Below, piece after piece: positions 58,661-64,000 of a stretch of 64,000 nucleotides of DNA. This stretch comes from Minisyncoccota bacterium. Its GTDB lineage: Bacteria > Patescibacteriota > Minisyncoccia > UBA6257 > GWB1-50-10. Below the pieces are notes generated by a model. It did no database searches, had not been told where the DNA came from, and was given only the letters and a program-made list of their open reading frames with translations. Where the stretch lies: assembly GCA_041917695.1 (NCBI GenBank), contig JAYRXE010000037.1:2155-66154 (forward strand). The letters run 5' to 3'. The first letter of the stretch is position 1, and every line of letters starts with the position of its first letter. The translations under genes were made by a program, and so were the position numbers.

Positions 58661-58850
58661 TAAATACAAACGCAGGCTGAATGCCTGCGTTTGTGTTTGT
58701 TGAATTAGGGAATTGAACGAGGGATGGGTCGGAAGGGAAACGGATGTGTCCCTTCCGTGTCGGAGAGACCGCCAGCCGGCGGTTGAGAACCGAGGGTTCT
58801 CAAGGAGTCCCGCCTTTGGCGGGACGACGTGAAATTCCCAGCAGCCCGAC
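58661..58850 (+). mobile_element. tRNA 3'-end-associated element E4 (190 bp)
   Basis: 18-bp direct repeat AATTCCCAGCAGCCCGAC at 58643 and 58833; near-identical to E2. Confidence 0.8.
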
Positions 58851-58967
58851 CAATAATCTAAAAGCCGCCTTAAGGCGGCTTTTAGATTAGAAAATTTGCC
58901 TCATTTTTGCTTTTCCTGTATGACAAAGGCAGAAATATTAACGTTTTAAAACGAAAGAGAGGGATAC

Positions 58968-59759
58968 GTGGAAAACCTATTTTCCAAGCTTTTCAAGGAT
59001 TCAAAGATCATTATCGGAATGTTGCATATCTTGAACGGCAATAAATCCGTTGATGAGATCACCGAAGATGTTTTGAACGATTTGTACATCTATAAAGGAC
59101 GGGTGCACGGCGCCATCGTTGAGAATTACGGATGGGGAGGCGGGAATTCGTACCGCGCAAACCCGCGCGTTGAAGAAATCCTCACGAAGGTTACGAAAGC
59201 GGCAGTTACCGCAGGCGGTTCGAATTTTGTCATCGGCGTGAACGTGCTTCCGAATGATTACAAAATGGCTTTCCGTATCGCGCGGAACGCCGGCGCGGAA
59301 TTCATACAGCTTGATTATGTGGCAGGGGCGTACGAAGGAAGCGATTTGACCGAATGGGATGATTTCATGAAAGAACGCGAGCGTTGCGCCGATATCGCCG
59401 TATTAGGCGGAATATACCCCAAGTACTACCGCCCTACGAAGGAGTCTCCTTCATTCATACGCTCTGCTTTTGACGCAATGGACCGCGCGGACGCAATCGT
59501 GATAACCGGAGAAAAGACCGGCGGCGAGGCGAATCAGAAGGATATTGAAACACTGAACCGCTATCCCGAACTGAAACCTTTCCCGAAAATAATCGGGAGC
59601 GGAATGACCGCTACGAACCTCCGCCTGCTTGATGGCGTGCGGGGCGCCATCGTGGGAAGTTATTTCAAGACCGATGGGAAGGTTAATTTCGGGAGCCGCG
59701 TTGAAGAAGGCCGCGTAGAAAAATTCATGGAAGCGCTTACCAGGCGTTTCACGCTCTAA
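58968..59759 (+). CDS. BtpA/SgcQ family TIM-barrel protein (solo cassette)
   Basis: IIGMLH, IVENY, GVNVLPND, DAIVITG.KTG, IIGSG, AIVGSYFK. Confidence 0.85.
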   Translation: MENLFSKLFKDSKIIIGMLHILNGNKSVDEITEDVLNDLYIYKGRVHGAIVENYGWGGGNSYRANPRVEEILTKVTKAAVTAGGSNFVIGVNVLPNDYKMAFRIARNAGAEFIQLDYVAGAYEGSDLTEWDDFMKERERCADIAVLGGIYPKYYRPTKESPSFIRSAFDAMDRADAIVITGEKTGGEANQKDIETLNRYPELKPFPKIIGSGMTATNLRLLDGVRGAIVGSYFKTDGKVNFGSRVEEGRVEKFMEALTRRFTL

Positions 59760-59783
59760 ACCAAGGCGCCATACGGCGCCTTT

Positions 59784-60677
59784 TTATTTTCCTTTCTTGT
59801 GGAGCGCCAAAAACTCGAGCGGTATCAAAAGCCCGTTCGAAAGGAAGACGAAAGCGGCGGGACCCACGAGCGCGGGAGCGCCGAAGAGGGTAAGCACGAT
59901 CACGGATGAGACCGTGAAGTTTTTTGAAATGGCGACGATGGTCCACGTGATCTTTTCCCGCTTTTTCCGCCCGAAGGCGAAGCCCGCGACCGCTTGGACG
60001 AGAAGAAGGACGAAGACGACGCCGAGCGCAATCCAAAATTCATGGGGATTCGCGCGTATCGCCGCGCTTGCCGGAGCCATGGTCGCCCAAATGAGGAGAA
60101 AGAGCAGGAATTCATTCGTCCACCCGGATTTTTTGAGAATGGGCCCGTCCCATCCGAAATGCCTCGCGATTTGCGCGAGGATGAGCGGGATGAAGACCAA
60201 TTTTGCGATAAGGAGCATCATGTCAGTCGCGTGGATGGATACCTCGGTATGCGCGAAAAACCAAACGAGAAACGGCGTCGCAAGCGGCGCGACGATGTGG
60301 GCGAGGGTGGTGCCGACGAGCGCTTTGTGAGGCTCGCCGCCAAGCACGTCCGAAAGGAAGACGACGGCAATCGCCGTCGGGGCCGCCGCAATCACCATCA
60401 GCCCGATGAACGACATGTCCGAAAGGAATCCCTTTGCCGCAAAGACCGTGAGCGTCGGCAAAACAAAGACGATGAGAAGCAGAATGAGGTATTTCCAAGC
60501 TTCCCGTTCGGCGAGGGCGATGTCTTTCATGCTGATCTTGAGGCAGGAGAAGAACATCATAAGCGCAAGCGGGTAGATGAGGTACGGCTTCAAGGGGAGG
60601 ACGGGACCGGGCAGGAAAAAGCCGAGCGCGATGCCGAGAAGGATGAAGAGGCCGAAATATTTCCGGATGTTTCGCAT
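59784..60677 (-). CDS. bile acid:sodium symporter family protein
   Basis: about 9 TM, AAAPTA, FIPLILAQ, SKNF. Confidence 0.8.
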   Translation of the reverse strand: MRNIRKYFGLFILLGIALGFFLPGPVLPLKPYLIYPLALMMFFSCLKISMKDIALAEREAWKYLILLLIVFVLPTLTVFAAKGFLSDMSFIGLMVIAAAPTAIAVVFLSDVLGGEPHKALVGTTLAHIVAPLATPFLVWFFAHTEVSIHATDMMLLIAKLVFIPLILAQIARHFGWDGPILKKSGWTNEFLLFLLIWATMAPASAAIRANPHEFWIALGVVFVLLLVQAVAGFAFGRKKREKITWTIVAISKNFTVSSVIVLTLFGAPALVGPAAFVFLSNGLLIPLEFLALHKKGK

Positions 60678-60680
60678 GGG

Positions 60681-61358
60681 TTAGGGTACGAGCACCGTTT
60701 CGACGCCCGATTCGCCGACCATAACGCATGAGCTCGGCTGGTGTATCCACACCCCGGTGTTCCAGTACGATACGCCGTTTTCCGTGAGTTCATACGGGAA
60801 ATGCGTATGGCCGCAGAAGACGCGGGTTGAGCCCCGGGCGCGCGCTTTCGCGATGGCGTTCACTGCCACGTGGTGCGAGAATTTCCGCCACAGGCCGAAT
60901 TTTTTCTGCGTGAAGGTGATGAGTTTGTCCGCGATGATGATGAGCGGCGTGAGGCCGTAATAAAAGAAGAAGATGGCTTCGTTCACGATTTGGAACGGGG
61001 TGAAGGGCGTTTCAAATTCATCCCCGTGGAAGGCGAGGTGTTTTTCTCCGCGGTATTCCCATTCGTATTCATGGATGACGGGGATGCCGAGGAAAGGGGA
61101 GAGGTGCGAAAGCTCGCGATCGTGGTTTCCCGTGATCCACACCACCTCTTTCCCGCTTTCGTGGATTTCGCGGATGCGCGCGAGAAATTCGTAATCTTCG
61201 AAACGAAGTTTCCGCAGATTCATCGAGTGGAGCACGTCCCCGAGGAGGATAAGCCGCGAGAATCCCGTTTCGGCGATGAGCTTCGTGAGCTCCGCGACAC
61301 GCGCCGTGCGCAAGCCGAGATGGATATCCGAAACGATGAGGGTATCGACGTTAATCAT
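60681..61358 (-). CDS. LpxH-like metallophosphoesterase
   Basis: SDIHLG, LGD, GNHD, HGD, GHTH, NTG.W. Confidence 0.88.
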   Translation of the reverse strand: MINVDTLIVSDIHLGLRTARVAELTKLIAETGFSRLILLGDVLHSMNLRKLRFEDYEFLARIREIHESGKEVVWITGNHDRELSHLSPFLGIPVIHEYEWEYRGEKHLAFHGDEFETPFTPFQIVNEAIFFFYYGLTPLIIIADKLITFTQKKFGLWRKFSHHVAVNAIAKARARGSTRVFCGHTHFPYELTENGVSYWNTGVWIHQPSSCVMVGESGVETVLVP

Positions 61359-62250
61359 AGTTTCCGAGAAGCAAGATGCCGAAGATCATCGCGGTGAAGA
61401 GCAGGGTCTTTTTCATGATCGCTCCGCCGCCCGTATGCTCGTGGAAGATGCGCGGGAAACGGCGCTTCAAAAGCCCGCCGAAAAGCAGAATGAAAAACGG
61501 TGAAGCCATCGCGATGCTTTTTACGATAGTGACCGGCGCAAGCGTGATGGCGTACGCTTCCGCGGAAAAGGCGAGGAAGGTGAAGAGCTCTTCAAAGGCG
61601 AGGACGGGAATGAGTGCGCGAACGGCACGGTGTCTCCCCGAGAGATCTTTCCGTACGGCAGGGAAGAGGATGAGCGGTAGGGCAAAAAGGGTAGAAACGA
61701 TGAGCTCGCCCCCGACTGCCGTCGAGTAGTTCACGCCGTGATTAAAGAGGTATTTGAGAAGCACGCCTTCAAACGAAAGCATGAAGGCGGCAAGGCCGAT
61801 ATACCAAAACGATTTGCTGAAGAGGAGTTTTGCGTGGCGCTTGTGGAAGCTCAGAAGGACGCTGGAAATGATGATGAGCGCGACGCCTACGTATTGGGCG
61901 GGGGAGAGCACTTCGCCGACGATGAGGAAGGCGAGAATAGGGATGAATATCCTGCCGATGCCGAAGAACGCGGAGACGACCGACGTATCGTCGTTTTGGA
62001 GGCCTTTATAGTACGGATAGAGGTAGCCGAAATTGATGAAGCCGAGAACGAGGATGATGGGGATGAGGCTTGCGCTCGGCATCACCGGGCGTTCGGCGTA
62101 GAAAAGCACGGGCAGGAAAAGCAGGTTGAAGAGCGACGCGTAAAAGACGATAGTCCAGGGATTTTTAAAAAGCCTGTTTGAAAGGTAATTGTCGACTATC
62201 TCGGCGACCGCGTAGAGCGCGGGAGCCGCAAATGCGAAGAAAAGCCACAT
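61351..62250 (-). CDS. EamA/DMT family transporter
   Basis: 10 TM in two repeats; FLIVGE motif. Confidence 0.85.
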   Translation of the reverse strand: MWLFFAFAAPALYAVAEIVDNYLSNRLFKNPWTIVFYASLFNLLFLPVLFYAERPVMPSASLIPIILVLGFINFGYLYPYYKGLQNDDTSVVSAFFGIGRIFIPILAFLIVGEVLSPAQYVGVALIIISSVLLSFHKRHAKLLFSKSFWYIGLAAFMLSFEGVLLKYLFNHGVNYSTAVGGELIVSTLFALPLILFPAVRKDLSGRHRAVRALIPVLAFEELFTFLAFSAEAYAITLAPVTIVKSIAMASPFFILLFGGLLKRRFPRIFHEHTGGGAIMKKTLLFTAMIFGILLLGNYD

Positions 62251-62289
62251 GGTGGGAGTATACCTTAACCGGCTTTCTTCGGGGAAGCC

Positions 62290-62595
62290 TTACGCAACGA
62301 GAATGGCGAGCAAGACAAGCGCAAAGAGCACGAGCCAGCCGACGGTCCAAAAGAAAAGAGTAAACGCGTGCTTCTTTGCCCCGTCGAGATAAAGCATGAT
62401 GGGCTTGCCGAGGACGAGCGCCCCCGTGACGGAAGCGGAGATGACGAAAACGATGAGCATCAATATCGGTCCGAGCATGTTTTTCTCGGGAACGATGTGC
62501 TCCAGGTTCGACATCAAAAGAACGAGTAGCGCGATGTACGCGGCGACGCCGACGGCGCTTATAAGGCTCCGCGACGCATGGTCTGATGTTTTCAT
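62290..62595 (-). CDS. 3-TM hypothetical membrane protein
   Basis: hydrophobic; TATAAT 6 nt before ATG. Confidence 0.7.
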   Translation of the reverse strand: MKTSDHASRSLISAVGVAAYIALLVLLMSNLEHIVPEKNMLGPILMLIVFVISASVTGALVLGKPIMLYLDGAKKHAFTLFFWTVGWLVLFALVLLAILVA

Positions 62596-62706
62596 GGTTT
62601 TATTATACGCTTCAAGACGTTTTCCGAATCGGAAGGAAATTTTGACAAATTTCATTTTTTATTATTAAACTCATTCCAGTAATTTAACTTTAAAAAGGAG
62701 ATGCTT

Positions 62707-64000
62707 ATGGCATTAAAGAAAAGCCAACTGTGGGAAGCTGCACTTCGCGTTTCCCGCATCACCATCCAAAATCGCGGAAGGGGGCTTCTATACAGTTCGT
62801 TAGTCGCCCTTCAATGTTTTCGGTATTCCGTCCGCTATGTGTTTTTCAAGCTTTTCTCGGGATTTCCCAGGATGAAGCGATTCCTCATGCGCCGCGTCAT
62901 TTCCCGTTCATTTTTGGAAAACAGAATGATTGGGTTGATGCGCGACCTTGGGCAGGAGCCGAAGGCGCTTTTTTTGGATGATGCCATTTTGCAGGACTTG
63001 GTAGTGCTTGCAGATGACGGCGGAGACGAAGTTTTCCGCCGGGCGATTTTTGGCGCGTTGTCCCAATTGAACGGCGATCCGCAGCAGGCGTTTGATTTTT
63101 TAACCCGCATGCTCAAAGAAGCCGGCAAGGTGTTGCCTCCTGAGCTTTTGAAGGGCGGCTTTTATGGGAAAGTCATCCGTACCGTTGCCGGAGTTGTAGG
63201 CTACTGCTATTACCAGGATAAAAAGTATCCGCTTATGCGCGCGGTTGAGATAGGCTGCTCGTTCGGCTTCCTCTATTTGTACGATGAAGCATTGGATACA
63301 CCAGGACTCGTTTCTCGCGGAGAGATGGCATGGATGAAAAGAATGGTAGCCGCATTTATGCGAAACGACGCGGATTTCTTCAAAAAAGAAATCCCACCGG
63401 GTGATTTTTCCCGCATTCTTGTGAACGCCGCTTTGCGTTTGGCTAAACTCTGCCCCCGTTCGCAGTATCCCGACTTCTATACGTGCCTTGCCGTCCTCGC
63501 TGAAGCCCAGGAAGCCGAGTTTTCCGAAAAGAATTCAGGCAACCTTGAGCGTATGTATTCGCTTGTAGCGATTAAGTCGGCAATGACGCGTCTTATTCCT
63601 GCGGCACTGGTGGGATGGGGAATCACTGAGCGGTATGTGCATTACACGATGACCATCGGGCTGGCGAATCAGATATTGGATGATTTGCGGGATATGCCTG
63701 AAGACGTGAAAAATTCCACGCCGACCCCATTTGTGAAATATCTCAGGGGAGAAATCAAAGCCCATCCGCTTGAGATGTATTTCAGCGCTATTGAGCTTTC
63801 GCTCGGGTATTTCTCCCGAAGCCGCTTGCTCATACGCTTCCTGTGGTCGGTGCGCATGACGCACATCTTGAGAGTGCTTGCGCTCAAGGCGAGTGAGGCG
63901 GGTTTCAATCCGCCCCTGGGAGCCTTTTGGGGCGCATACACCGCCATCCTTCGCGTGCAGGATAAGGTGATTGTCGATGTTGAAATGCGCTTGGCGCGAA
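62707..64000 (+). CDS. class I isoprenoid synthase-fold protein (partial, runs off window; absent from ORF track)
   Basis: open frame from ATG 62707 to window end; YLYDEALD, AIKSAMT, GLANQILDDLRDMPED; TTGACA promoter and AAAGGAG SD. Confidence 0.75.
   Translation, partial: MALKKSQLWEAALRVSRITIQNRGRGLLYSSLVALQCFRYSVRYVFFKLFSGFPRMKRFLMRRVISRSFLENRMIGLMRDLGQEPKALFLDDAILQDLVVLADDGGDEVFRRAIFGALSQLNGDPQQAFDFLTRMLKEAGKVLPPELLKGGFYGKVIRTVAGVVGYCYYQDKKYPLMRAVEIGCSFGFLYLYDEALDTPGLVSRGEMAWMKRMVAAFMRNDADFFKKEIPPGDFSRILVNAALRLAKLCPRSQYPDFYTCLAVLAEAQEAEFSEKNSGNLERMYSLVAIKSAMTRLIPAALVGWGITERYVHYTMTIGLANQILDDLRDMPEDVKNSTPTPFVKYLRGEIKAHPLEMYFSAIELSLGYFSRSRLLIRFLWSVRMTHILRVLALKASEAGFNPPLGAFWGAYTAILRVQDKVIVDVEMRLAR

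Noticed and set aside
51475-58850. tRNA-adjacent repeats as a CRISPR array or prophage att sites
   Set aside because: Only two repeat copies per locus with homologous rather than unique intervening sequence; no cas, integrase or phage genes in the window.
58725-58850. Element core plus duplicated 3' end folding as a second tRNA
   Set aside because: A partial acceptor pairing is possible only in the Pro copies, not in the tmRNA or Lys copies, and there is no intact T-arm.
330-64000. Alternative genetic code (TGA=Gly as in Gracilibacteria)
   Set aside because: TGA terminates ruvC, polA and tsaE at expected positions, and conserved genes have no in-frame TGA.

Overview
Origin-proximal 64 kb of a bacterial chromosome (genetic code 11), inferred to be Patescibacteria/CPR (Parcubacteria-like) from compact housekeeping content and gene order. 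It runs rpmH-oriC-dnaA-oriC-dnaN, then PBP1A, ruvABC, polA, pilB, holA, murB, a Clp ATPase, infC-rpmI-rplT, two ECF sigma/anti-sigma loci, ssrA-smpB, argS, ileS, rnj, rny, hup, recG, cca, dut and seven tRNAs. Three things go beyond routine annotation. (1) A family of 140-190 bp non-coding elements sits behind four RNA genes (tmRNA, two tRNA-Pro, tRNA-Lys). Each carries an antisense copy of its own host's T-arm, a structurally conserved covarying core ending GTGARATT, and a direct duplication of the host 3' end. No integrase is present; a GIY-YIG nuclease is wedged between smpB and ssrA. (2) About 14 solo, + strand accessory-gene cassettes have their own promoter, AU-rich leader (mostly with a strong Shine-Dalgarno) and terminator, whereas many housekeeping genes look leaderless. 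(3) There is a 6S-like RNA and an ECF promoter motif that recurs inside an anti-sigma gene. All calls come from reading the sequence and the supplied ORF track; no database searches were run.
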